Assembly: GCA_029717555.1 (NCBI GenBank)
Contig: JAMDHS010000020.1
Location: 62,001 to 126,000, forward strand
Direction of reading: 5' to 3'
From: Peribolospora baueri
Taxonomy: Eukaryota
DNA length: 64,000 nucleotides
The notes below the pieces were generated by a model. The model was not told where the DNA came from, did not search any database, and saw nothing but the letters and a program-made list of their open reading frames with translations. A program made the position numbers and the translations under genes. Within the stretch, counting starts at the first letter, position 1, and every line of letters begins with the position of its first letter. Shown here piece after piece: positions 51,458-61,980 of the stretch.

Positions 51458-52464
51458 CTATTTCAAAATCTGCGCTCCAGACAAAGCACCCTTGGCGGCG
51501 GAGAGCGTAGAGTAGGCGTACTCGTTGAGGGCGGCCAAGTCGGTCATGACGGCCAACAGGGACATGCCTCGTCCGGCGTTCTTGCGAGTCAGGGCCACGC
51601 CGGCGTCGACGTCGATGGCGGCTTGGGCGGGAGCGGAGAGAGTGCCGACGAACTTGTTGCGCTCACGCGCCGCGGCGGCGACGGAGGCGAGGGCGGCCTC
51701 GAATTCGGCCTCGTCTCCGTCCAATCCGGGAGGGAGGTGGAGGGAGAGGCGCAGGTCGGCGGGGCCGACGAAGGCGCCATCGATGCCGGGCACGGCGAGG
51801 ATGTCGCGCACGTTCTCGACGCCTCGCTTGCTCTCGATCTGCGCCATCAACGTAATCTCCTTCGAGTGCTTGAAAAAGTACGAGGCCACGCCCGGCCGCG
51901 TGCCGCCGCCGCCTGCTGGACCGAGTTGCCGTGGCAAAGCAGCGATGGCGTGGAAGGGTCCGAAGGAGCGCGACCCTTCGGGCGGGTAACGGGCGACATC
52001 CACGATGGCCTCTGCCTGCTCTCGCGTTTCGACCTTGGGTACGATGAGACCGCTGGCGCCTGTGGTGGGGGAAGAGGTGGAAGACAAGAGTTAGCTTAGC
52101 GTGTCCTCGGTGTTTCGCGTCCTCCCCGGCCTTTCTCTCCCCCTTCTCTCTCTCTCTCTCTCTCACCCGCGTCCAACGCCCACTTGACCCAAGCGATATC
52201 ATGGCTGGGCAAGCGAACGATAGGCGCCGTTCGGCCCGCGCCGCCCATGGCGATCGCCTTGACCAGCTCGTCCATCTCCGTCGGACCGAGCGGGCAATGC
52301 TCGGCGTCGATGACCATAAAGTCAAAGTCATGGGTGTGTGCGAGCGTGCGAGCCAGGACGGCGCTGCCCGAGACGAGCCACATCCCGAGCAGCGGCTCGT
52401 CCGCCTTGCGAGGGCCGGCGAGCCGGGAGCGCAGGGAGAGAGACAGGGGCACGTCGTCGTCCAT
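51458..52464 (-). CDS. HpcH/HpaI-family class II pyruvate aldolase
   Basis: IDAEH, PIVRLP, KWALDAG|ASGLIVPKVET, RYPPEGSRSFG, AQIES, FVGPADL. One intron containing (GA)n. Confidence 0.93.
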
Positions 52465-52977
52465 CGCGGCGATGGAAGGAGCGTTTCGGAGGAAGGGGGC
52501 CGAGCGTGGGTGGGTAGAGCGGCTGGCGGCAAGTCGGCCGAAGCTGGCATCTTCCGGACTTCCGCGCCAGGACGGGGAAGAGGGTCTGTCGTTGATCAGA
52601 GCCCATCCCATCCTTGCGCTCTACGTGCATACACTCCCGTTGCGATACAGATCCAGAGTCGGACGTGCATGCGATCCGTAATCGCACGGTCGCTCCTCGA
52701 TCGACTAGTGGGGACCATTCAGCCCCCGTGGCCGACTGACCAGCTCAAGGAACGACCAACGAATGGCATCGCCGCCTTCCACGTCCGAGCCCGAGCCCAA
52801 GCCCGAGGCGAGAGGAGAAGAGACGAGACGAGACGAGACGAGAGCACGGCACGAGCAGCCGGAACACGAACGAAAACTTTCATATTCATTCCCGCCTTTG
52901 GCCATGGCCTGGCGCAGCCCGGACAGCCCGTGTACGCCGTGCCTGCCAACCTTTCCTTCCCTCTGGCAGCTTTAAAA

Positions 52978-54833
52978 ATGCAATCCGACTGCGACACCGT
53001 CGTCGTCGGTGGGGGCGTCGGTGAGCGAGCCGCACTCCATCTCCGCAGACCTGAGTCGGTGAATCACGCTGACCCCGCCGCTGTGGATCGTTCGCAGCGG
53101 GCCTTCAACTCGCCCTCCGTCTGCTCCACGCCGGGAAGAAAGTGGTAGTGGTCGAGAGCTCCGATCGGGTCGGCGGTCGCATCCGAGATGTCGACTTTGG
53201 CGAGGGCATCGAGATCGCCGGTCTCGGCGCCTGGAGGTACAACGCCAACGACAACAAGGTCGAGGCGCTCGTGAAACACTACGGCATCGCTACCGGCTCG
53301 TGGGCCAATCCGACGAGGCAGTACGCGGCGAGGAACGGTGAGCTGGCCGATGGATGACCTCTTCTTTCTCGCGCAAGGATCAAAAATGACGAGAGCGGAG
53401 ACGAGCGGCTAACGTCCATGCGCCCTCTTTCCTGCGGACCAAGTCGTCAAGCCGAGCGTGCGCGCGATTCGACAATCCGTTTTCCCCTCCATCGGCGAGG
53501 ACCATCCGCTGGCGTCTCTGCCCGAGGACGAGGTGGACAAGAGGGCGAGAGAGATCGTGGCGCAATCCTTCCTCTCCTTTTCTCCCAACGAGCATGCTGG
53601 CGACCCACCGACGGGGGGCACTCCCCCCGTCATGTCTACCATCGTAGAAGACGCATTCGGCACGGAGACGGAGCAGTTCTTGTCCTCCGTCTCCCACAGC
53701 TACCACGCCATCTCCGGCCTGCCCGTCGACTTTGTTGTGAGTGCTCGCTAGAGCGGACCCGCCGCGGCGTATGTATTCCAACCCAACCTTGCCCTTCACA
53801 TCTGTCCAGTCGCTCATCCGGTCCGCAAACCCCGAAGAAGACCACCCTTCGAGGCCCGTGCGAGGGATGAACGCCCTCGTCGAGGCGATGGCCAACGATG
53901 TGACCGCGCGGTCGACCGTTAGGCTCAACAGCGAGGTGGTCGGCGTGCGCAGGAGCGACGGCGACGACAAGGGCGGCCGCAAGTATACGTTGACGCTCGC
54001 TGGGCCCGGTGCGACGGGAGAGAGCGGCCATCGAATCACCGCCGACTCCGTGGCGTTGGCCATCCCCTCGTCGTCGCTGCGACGGCTCGCCACGGCGTCC
54101 TCCCTTCTTCGCCCCTTGGCCGAGAACGCGCTGTTGTCGGCCAGCTACGGCATGCCCGCGTTCAAAGCGGTGGCTCTGTACCCCAGCGCGTGGTGGAGCG
54201 CGGCGGCGGTGGCGAGTGACGGGGACGACGAACGACGAAACCTCCAAGACCGCGAGTTCCTAGTGACTTCCTTCTCCAAACTCGGCCTGGTCATGCCGTA
54301 CGCGGGCAGAGGTCCGCGCGGGGAGGCGGCTCTCCACCTCGCCTATTGCAATGACCACCACGCGGCACAGGGCGGTCACTGGGCTCGGCTCGTCGAACGA
54401 GCGAGAGGGGACCGAGAGGAGATCTACGCCAGCGTCGAGTCTGAGCTTCAGGCCCTCTTTCCCACTGCGGACATACCGCGGCCGATACGCTTCGAATACG
54501 TCCTGTGGGCGGACGGGTCGATGTGAGTTACGTTCCGGCGGCGGCCCCGGGGGGGGGGGGCGGGCGCGTTCAGCTTCGACTAACCATCGATCTCTTCTTC
54601 GGTTTTGACACCCGGAACGCGGCGCTTGGGCCAGACACGTTCCTTGTCTCGTCCCTGGTGCGGAACGGGGATTATCGCGCAAGGTCCTCGAGGATTGGGC
54701 CGTCGGCGGACCTCTTCCGGGCGAGCAGATCGTCCTTGCCGGCGAAGCGTTCGCGAATCGGTGGGGCTGGGTGGAGGGGGCGCTCGAGACGGCGGACAGG
54801 GCGGCGGACGTGCTGGTGGGTATGTCCGAATAA
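52978..54833 (+). CDS. Flavin-dependent amine / L-amino-acid oxidase
   Basis: Five exons: VVVGGGV|AGL..VVESSDRVGGRI, GLGAWRY, GMNALVEAM, LAIPSSSL, FKAVALYPSAWW, YVLWADG, LAGEAF..GWVEGALETA. Frame stays open across all four GT..AG introns. Confidence 0.9.
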
Positions 54834-55077
54834 GAGAAAAACAACGAGAAACCAAACTGGCTTTGCGACTTTGTTTTTCCCTCGAAAACGGATATTGTAA
54901 TGACGTCGTTTCGATATCGTCTTAAGGAGATGATCTAATACATCTAGGGGAAGAAGAAAAAAAGAGGCCCCACAAAGATCCATTACGCACACACCCACAC
55001 CCCGCCCAAAACCGTCAGGACTACCCATTCATTAGAGCGCGCTGGGGAAGTTCGAGAGACAAAGGGACGCGGGGTTT

Positions 55078-56673
55078 TCAACGAGACGAAACGGAGGCGC
55101 AGGCGCTGCCGAGGGCGAAACCCTGGTAGAAGAGGCAGGACGGGTCCCACTGGGCCTTGAGGGCCTCCAAGGCGGGCAAGTTGGTCTGGTACAGGTCCTG
55201 AGGGCCGAGATCGGCGACGGAGGCATAGTTGGGGTACGCGCCGAGCGGCTTGCCGTCGCCGCCCACATCGATGCCGGCGGTGTGAGCGAGGGCGGAGAGC
55301 TGCTTGCGGAGCTGCGTCGCGGCGGCGGCGGCTTGAGAGTCGAAGGAAGTGTCGGTCCAAGTGAGCTGGATGCCGACGATGGCACCGAAGGTGTAAGGCT
55401 GCGGGGGCCAGGCGGCCTTGGCGTTTGAGATGACGTCGAAAGCGGTCTTGCGCACGGGTTCGAAGAGGACGGCGCTGCCGTTGTTCACCTGCGGGTAGGT
55501 AGCGAGGAAGGAGGTGTAGGTGGAGAGGGCCTGCTCGAGGAAAGCGGCAGGGAGGGAAGCGACGGTGAGGGTGTCCATGATGTAGCGACCGGGCGGAATG
55601 TTAGCGTCCTGCTCCTGGTTGACCTGGACGTAGTTCTTCTCCGCGGGCGGCGGCAACATGGGAACGGAGACGAGCTTATCGAAGCCGGCAAAGGCGCCAG
55701 AGCTGTTCGCCGCGGCGGCCGTGCCGTTGAACCACGGGTTGGCGAGGATAAAGACGGTGTTGTCGAGAGCGACGAAGGAGACGATCGCGTTGGCGCTCGT
55801 TCCGGTGTCGCTGGCCGTCATGGTGTCCATGGCGCTGGAGACGCCTGCGATGTCGTTGGCGCTGTAGAGCCAGAAGCCGGACCACTGCGTGGGCGAGACG
55901 GGGAGGGTGTTGAGCTCGAAGGAGGTGACGACACCCAACTGGTTCAGGGTGCCGCGAAGGCCGAAGAAGAGGTCGGGGTGGGAAGAGGCGGAGGCGGTGA
56001 CCACTTGGCCTTGGGCGGTGACGACTTGCATCGAGACGATCTGGTCCGTCGCAAAGCCGGCCGCGCCGGTGAGCCAGCTGTCGCCGCCGCCGAGGAGGAG
56101 GCCGCCGACGCCGACGTCGGACACTCTTCCGCCGAGGGGGAACCGGGTGCCGCCGGTGGCCGTCTGCATGGAGGAGTAGACGTCGCCCCATCGCGCGCCG
56201 GGGCCGACGGTAACGCGTTGGGTCTGGCTGTCGTAGCTGGTTTTGTTGAGCGCGCGCAGGGAGAGGACGAGGCCGGGCGGGTACTTGCCGGGGGCGTCAA
56301 ACTTGTGACCTCCGGCGAGGACGGCGTAAGGGATCTTCTGCGAGGAGATGCAGCTGATGATCTCCGCCACGTCCTTGCTGTTTGCGGGCAGCGCCGCGAC
56401 GGTGGCCTGGGAGTAGGCCACGTTGGCGGCGAACCTGCCGACGGCGTCCTGGAAGCCTGCGTCGGACGAGTTGAGGAGCACGTTGGCCGACGACAGCTCG
56501 AGTTTGCACCTGGACAGCGCCGCGGCGACGTCCTGAGGCGTGACCGTCGGCACAAACTCTGGAGCGCGCCGGCCACGACCGCCGCCTTCGTGCCCGTGCC
56601 CGTAGGCGCTGGAGAAGCACAAGCCGGTCAGGGCGCAGAGCAAGCCGAAGGGGGTGTTTGCGGGGAGGCGCAT
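55078..56673 (-). CDS. Secreted FAD-binding PCMH / berberine-bridge-like oxidoreductase, intronless
   Basis: Signal peptide MRLPANTPFGLLCALTGLCFSSAYG, LAGGH, VGPGARWGDVY, GGRVSDVGVGGLLLGGG, PDLFFGLRG, YPNY, LKAQWDP. Confidence 0.93.
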   Translation of the reverse strand: MRLPANTPFGLLCALTGLCFSSAYGHGHEGGGRGRRAPEFVPTVTPQDVAAALSRCKLELSSANVLLNSSDAGFQDAVGRFAANVAYSQATVAALPANSKDVAEIISCISSQKIPYAVLAGGHKFDAPGKYPPGLVLSLRALNKTSYDSQTQRVTVGPGARWGDVYSSMQTATGGTRFPLGGRVSDVGVGGLLLGGGDSWLTGAAGFATDQIVSMQVVTAQGQVVTASASSHPDLFFGLRGTLNQLGVVTSFELNTLPVSPTQWSGFWLYSANDIAGVSSAMDTMTASDTGTSANAIVSFVALDNTVFILANPWFNGTAAAANSSGAFAGFDKLVSVPMLPPPAEKNYVQVNQEQDANIPPGRYIMDTLTVASLPAAFLEQALSTYTSFLATYPQVNNGSAVLFEPVRKTAFDVISNAKAAWPPQPYTFGAIVGIQLTWTDTSFDSQAAAAATQLRKQLSALAHTAGIDVGGDGKPLGAYPNYASVADLGPQDLYQTNLPALEALKAQWDPSCLFYQGFALGSACASVSSR

Positions 56674-57436
56674 GGCGGTAAGCGCACCGGGCGGGGGGCA
56701 AAGGGAAAAGAGTGGGAGAAGCGGAGCAAAAGAAAGGTGAGAGAGTGTGCGTGAGCGCTAGAAGGCCTTCCTCGCTGCCCCCTCCCAAGACTTCCTCGTC
56801 TTCTTTATGTCTTTTTTGCTCGAGACACGGGAGGGGAGGTACGAACGGTGGCGGCGGCGGCGGTGGACGAGGCGAGGTGGATATGCGTGTTCGTTCCATC
56901 TTCACCACCGGGGCGGGGGCTTGCGCCTTTACGCCCACGGCGAGGCGAGCTGGCGAACGAAGCCTGGGCCTCTGGCAGGAAAAATGCGGGACGGAGGGCG
57001 CCAAGGCAGAAAGGGGGGAGGGAGGTGAGTGAGGCCGGCGACCATCATATCTCCCTTCGAAGACGGCGCATAACCAAAGAGGTCGACGGACACATCGCCC
57101 GTGGCGTAATGCTTCTCCAATCACCCACACGCATAGCAGTAGCACGCACTGACCCGGGTCGAGGCGAGACGAGACCGAGTCTGGTCTCGAGAGATCGTTG
57201 CGGAAGAGCACGCACGACTCGGAACCGCATAATAATTCCTTCGGATGACCGGGAAAATTTTTAGTATTTCTTTTCCCACACAGCGGAAACAGAACATGGT
57301 AAATTCCCAGAAAAACACAAAAAGAATAATAACAACGACGACGAGCCCAACGGACTACGCGCACAGGAATCAAATCTGGCCAAGAAGGACGCTAAAGCGT
57401 CCGGCCGGACGGGTGCTTTTCTTTCGACAGGCTCGT

Positions 57437-59632
57437 TTACGCAGGCGAGATCTGGATACCCTTGTTGAAAACGTTCTCAGGATCGTACTTGGCCTTGAGC
57501 CGCTCCAGCCGGCCAAGGTTCTGGCCGTAGTATTCGGACGCCGGGACACCCGCGAGGGAATAGTTGGGGTAGAGCAACGCGCAAGCCGACTTGCCGCCCG
57601 CCGCCTCCGTGATCCGTTTCTCGCCATCGAGCAGGGCGTCCGGGACGAGGGCGTTGATGGAGGGATCGGGCGAGACGATGAGCAGCTCGAACACGTTCAA
57701 TTGCGGGTCGCCATGGGGGAACGCCGACGACTCGTTGGAGAAGTTGGCGAACGCGCCCTGCGGACACAGGAAAGGGGGGGTTCAGAGACCTTGGGTCAGC
57801 CCCTCGGCCCTCGCGACAGGCGGGGGCGGCATTCCCACCTTGAACATGGGCTCCACGAGTACGATCGTCCCCATAAAGCGCGGGTCGCGCCCGATCAACT
57901 CCTCCTGCCACTTGAGCGCCGCCTTAAAGACGTCGACGGTGAGCTTTGCGGGGGAGGCGGTGTGCATGAACGCGTTCAAAACGTTGGACGGCGTCGACAA
58001 CGAGTCTGATGGTGATGATGATGATGAAGAGGCGAGCGATCGATGCAGAACGAACGACGGGGGTCAGTCAGGAGAGAGCCGCACACGCACGCGACCAGCC
58101 GAGGAAGGACTCGCCCTGCATCGCGTTAACCTCTTCCCAAGTCATCTCCTTGGTCTGGTTGGCGACCGGCCCCAAATCAAGAGCCCATTTGAACACCTCC
58201 TGCCCTTCCTTCTCGGTGCCGTTCGTCAGCAGAGGCGCGATGACGCAGGCAGGGTGGTACTCGGGCGGCTGCCGCATGGTGACGAACAGCAGGGACGCTC
58301 CCGGGTCACGGTTGTTCGCGTGGAAAGTGGAGATGGCCTCTGTGAGCGCGTCGAACTTGTCCATAGTGAAAGCTGGTGGAGGTGGGGGGGGCCGGGGTAG
58401 AGAGAGGTGGGTGAGCACCGCCAAAAAGGCTGTTCTGGTCCGCCAGTCCTTTAGGTCCATGAACCGACCGACGTACCGATCACTCCAGACCAGCTTCGCT
58501 TCGGCTTCGGGAAAGCTCGCTGCGAGCCCCGGGGGGGAAAGGACAAAGAGGGAATTGAATACGCTTGCACGACAGCGTGGCGCAGAAGAAGCAGAAGACG
58601 GACTGACCAAGACAAACTCGGTGACGACTGCAAGAGGGCAAGACATGACATGAATGGCAAGACGACTCAGGTCAAGACTCCGGGGGGGGGGGGGTCATGC
58701 GGCTCTGCTCTGCTCGACTCAAGCCGCCGCATGCTCACCACCGAACTTGTTTCCGGCGCCTTTGAGGGCAAACATGAGGTCTGCGTCGTCTTTGGCGCGG
58801 ACGACCTCCCCGTTAGCGAGGACCACCTGAGCGGCGGGGGGGAGGGGGGAGGAAGGGCCAAAGTGCACGCGGGGTGAGCAGGAGAGAGAGCCAACGTGCC
58901 CCGGGGCCGAGGGCGAGCGGCCATCCGTCTGGCTCACCTCGGCATCGACGAGACTGTCGGAAGCGAGGCCGTGCTCGTGAGCGAGGTAGCTAATCCCACC
59001 GCCGAGGATGAAGCCGCCCACGCCGACGGAGCCGACCCTGCCGCCGAGAACGGTGACGTCGGTGGAGGCGAGCTTGCCATACACGGACGACCACGTCTGA
59101 CCGGGGCCGAGGACGACGGTGTTGTCCTTGGCGTCGTACTCGACTCTGAGACGGAGCGAGGTGATCAGCACACAGGAGAAAGGGGAACGACCGACGGTGC
59201 GCTAGCTAGCCAGGCCGGGCTGGCTGGTTGCTGCTGCTGCTGTTGCGGCTGCTCACTTGTTCAACTTGGCGAGGTCGATGACGACGCCCTCCGACTGCGA
59301 GTACGACATGCCGCCCGACCGCACAGCAAAGTCGATCTTGTTCGAGGCGAGCCATTTCACCTGCACACGAGGCCCAAGGTCGCGAGGCAGGAGCGGAGGT
59401 CAGGCAAGGCAAGCGACGGGCGGGCGCGGGAGAGCACACGACGAACGGTACGTACCGCCTTGGAGACGTCGTCCACGGTCGCGGGCCGGAGGACGGCTTG
59501 GGCTTGTTTCTTGTTCTGGACGCCCCACGAGGTGGTGGACTTGTTGAACTCTGCGCCATCGGTGGGGGTGATGACTTCGCCAGAGAAGGCGGGTCGGAAG
59601 GCGGCGAGCTGTTCGGCGAAGGAGGCAGACAT
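57437..59632 (-). CDS. Intracellular FAD-binding PCMH / BBE-like oxidoreductase, multi-exon
   Basis: AVLRPATVDDVSKA|..FAVRSGGMS, LGPGQTWSSVY, GGRVGSVGVGGFILGGG, DLMFALKGAGNKFG, YPNY..YYGQNLGRLERLKAKYDPENVF. No signal peptide. Confidence 0.9.
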
Positions 59633-60666
59633 GGCGGCGAGGCGAGGCGAAGCGAGGGAACGCGATCTGTGGCAAGCGAGGTCGGGCGTGAGGATGGTGG
59701 TGGGACGCGTCTTGCGTCTTGCTTTGGCGGTGGACGTGGCCGACGGGCGTGGCTGGCTGGCTATCTATCCAAGGGGTCGTCGTGACCGCCGATAGACACC
59801 CACAGCCGCCCGCCCGCCCATCCGACGGGCCGGCGAGCCCCGACGGGGGCGGTGGAGAATCGAGGATGCGGATGAAACACGACGGCGGTCGTGCGTGTCC
59901 GACAAGCTCGCTGTCCGTCGCACAAGGTGCGTGCGTTTGGTGCGAATACGGATGGAGCCTTAATGGCCACGTTCCCACGTTACGCCGCAGCCCCGTGCGG
60001 GGCATCGAAGTCCGCACGGGGCTGCGGCGCGCGACCCAGAAAGCAGACTCTGGTGCGGCCCAGACATACATACGTGAAACCGACGTGGCTTGCGGCACGG
60101 CGGCCGCATTTTAGAAGTGGGTGAGCGGACAAGGCTTGCTTAGAATCGCACGCGCCAGGGCCTCCCAGTCGATGGCCAATCGCCAATCGCAAGCGTCCAT
60201 CGCCCATTCCACCCGTCCCTCGGCCTGGGCCCTGCAGGGCGCCGCTTGATCGCCGTCCGACGTCGGACTGACCGTCGGCGAGCATCGAGATCGATTGCGT
60301 CGCGTCGCGTTCCTTTTCCTACCCCGTCCTCGCTGTCCTCCTGTCTGATCGCGGCTTGAGCGCCGGTGTACCGCCTAGTTCGATACTCGAGTGAAGAAGG
60401 TTCCGCGACCGTGAATTAAAGGAACGCTCGCTCGCTAGTTGGAAATCTATTCTCCGCGAAACGACTAAAACGGCCAGTCAGGTCTAGTCTACATTATTAT
60501 AGGTCCGCAAGCGGGGTAGGTAGCAGGGGGGACGTGTCTACGATGAAAACAAGGTATACAGAATGGAACCATGCAGAGAAAGGGTAGCGAAAAAGGGAAG
60601 CGAAAGGAAAAGAAAGGGTGGTGCAGAGGGAGAAAGAACAACAAGCGCGGACGGACGGCCCCACGT

Positions 60667-61980
60667 TCAGGCGCGGCCCCGTTCCCGAGCGTAGACCTCT
60701 GGGCTGAGGTAGATGGTAACGTCGCGCTCGCCGTTCTTGATCGCGCATCCGATCATGGTCTGCAATCCGGATCGAGAATTCAGGTCGCGGTGAGCGCCGA
60801 GTCGACGTACGAGGTCGGAATACCAACCGCGCTCGCGAACGAGACCGTGTCGGACCAAGAAATCGTCCATCCGGTCGGCCAATAGGGCGTCGGATCGGAA
60901 GTAGTGTCGCACGGGGAGATAGAACTTGGCCGACGGTAGAGGTCGGCCCTTGCGGAGCTCGTAGTAGGCCACGATGCCCTTTGTTCGCTCTGACTGGCCG
61001 TCGAGGTCTTGGCACGCCAGCACCGAACTAGAACCGGTCGTCGCCGTCGTCGTCGTCGCCTGCGTGGCCGGCGCGGGAACGTCCACAGGCACCTCACAGA
61101 ACGCCGCCCAGAGGTCCTGAGCGGCGCTGATCTGAGACTGCAGGGCGGCGTCGGTGGAAGGGACGGCACCGCCGAGAGACAGGTGCGACACCAGGTCGTC
61201 GAGGCCGGAGACGCGGAAACGCACGTAGACCTTGACGCGCGCCAGCTCTGGGGAAAGGCAGTCGACGCCCAAAAATTCGACCGTGCCCGCGGGCTCGTCG
61301 GGGCGACGACCGGCGTTGAGACCGCGCAGGTAGGCGTCGATGGCGTTCCACCCTTGATCGAGGCCGATGGACCTCATGGCGTCCGCGTAGGCCGCTTCGA
61401 CGGGTTGACGACGACGACGGTTGTGGGCGCGCTTGAGGGCGTCGGTGCACATGTACGCTTTCAGCAGCGGCTCCCGGCCAACGAGGTCGCAGCCGAACGC
61501 CAGTTGGGTCAGACCTTTCGCTTCGTCCGGCACGTTTGGGCCCGGGTCGAGGACGAGGTGCTTGCGGAGTTGGTGGAACCAGCCGAGGTCCATGTTGGGC
61601 GAATACGCCTGGTGCTCTTCGACCCATGCCAGCGGCGCCAGCGCGTTCACCGGGTCGGCCCTCTGCAAGGCCTCCGTAGGTGGCGCGGGCTCAAAGGAGA
61701 AGCGCACCTTGGCGCCGGCGTTCTTGGAGATGCTGATTGAGTACTCCACGGGAGAGTGGTCGTCGGTCATGTACGACTTCCAGCGCGCCGTCGGCAAGCC
61801 GCCCGGGCCATCCATCGGGGGGTTCGGGCCCAACGCGCCGGATCGGACGACGCGTTCGATGAAGAGCTCGCGCGAGGCGGCCGCCCGGCCGACGTCCTCT
61901 TCGCAGGCAGACAAGAGGATAGAAAGTTGCTCTACCAAGAGAGCGGCGCGGAACCATGGCGGCTGCTCCTTCTGCTGCAT
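60667..61980 (-). CDS. DMATS-family (ABBA) aromatic prenyltransferase, intronless
   Basis: LGP.P, WKSYMTDDHSPVEYS, VRFSFEP, LKAY, FLGVDCL.P..ARVKVY, YYELR..LPSAKFYLPVRHY, GLQT, TIYLSP. An upstream in-frame ATG exists at 62094. Confidence 0.94.
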   Translation of the reverse strand: MQQKEQPPWFRAALLVEQLSILLSACEEDVGRAAASRELFIERVVRSGALGPNPPMDGPGGLPTARWKSYMTDDHSPVEYSISISKNAGAKVRFSFEPAPPTEALQRADPVNALAPLAWVEEHQAYSPNMDLGWFHQLRKHLVLDPGPNVPDEAKGLTQLAFGCDLVGREPLLKAYMCTDALKRAHNRRRRQPVEAAYADAMRSIGLDQGWNAIDAYLRGLNAGRRPDEPAGTVEFLGVDCLSPELARVKVYVRFRVSGLDDLVSHLSLGGAVPSTDAALQSQISAAQDLWAAFCEVPVDVPAPATQATTTTATTGSSSVLACQDLDGQSERTKGIVAYYELRKGRPLPSAKFYLPVRHYFRSDALLADRMDDFLVRHGLVRERGWYSDLVRRLGAHRDLNSRSGLQTMIGCAIKNGERDVTIYLSPEVYARERGRA

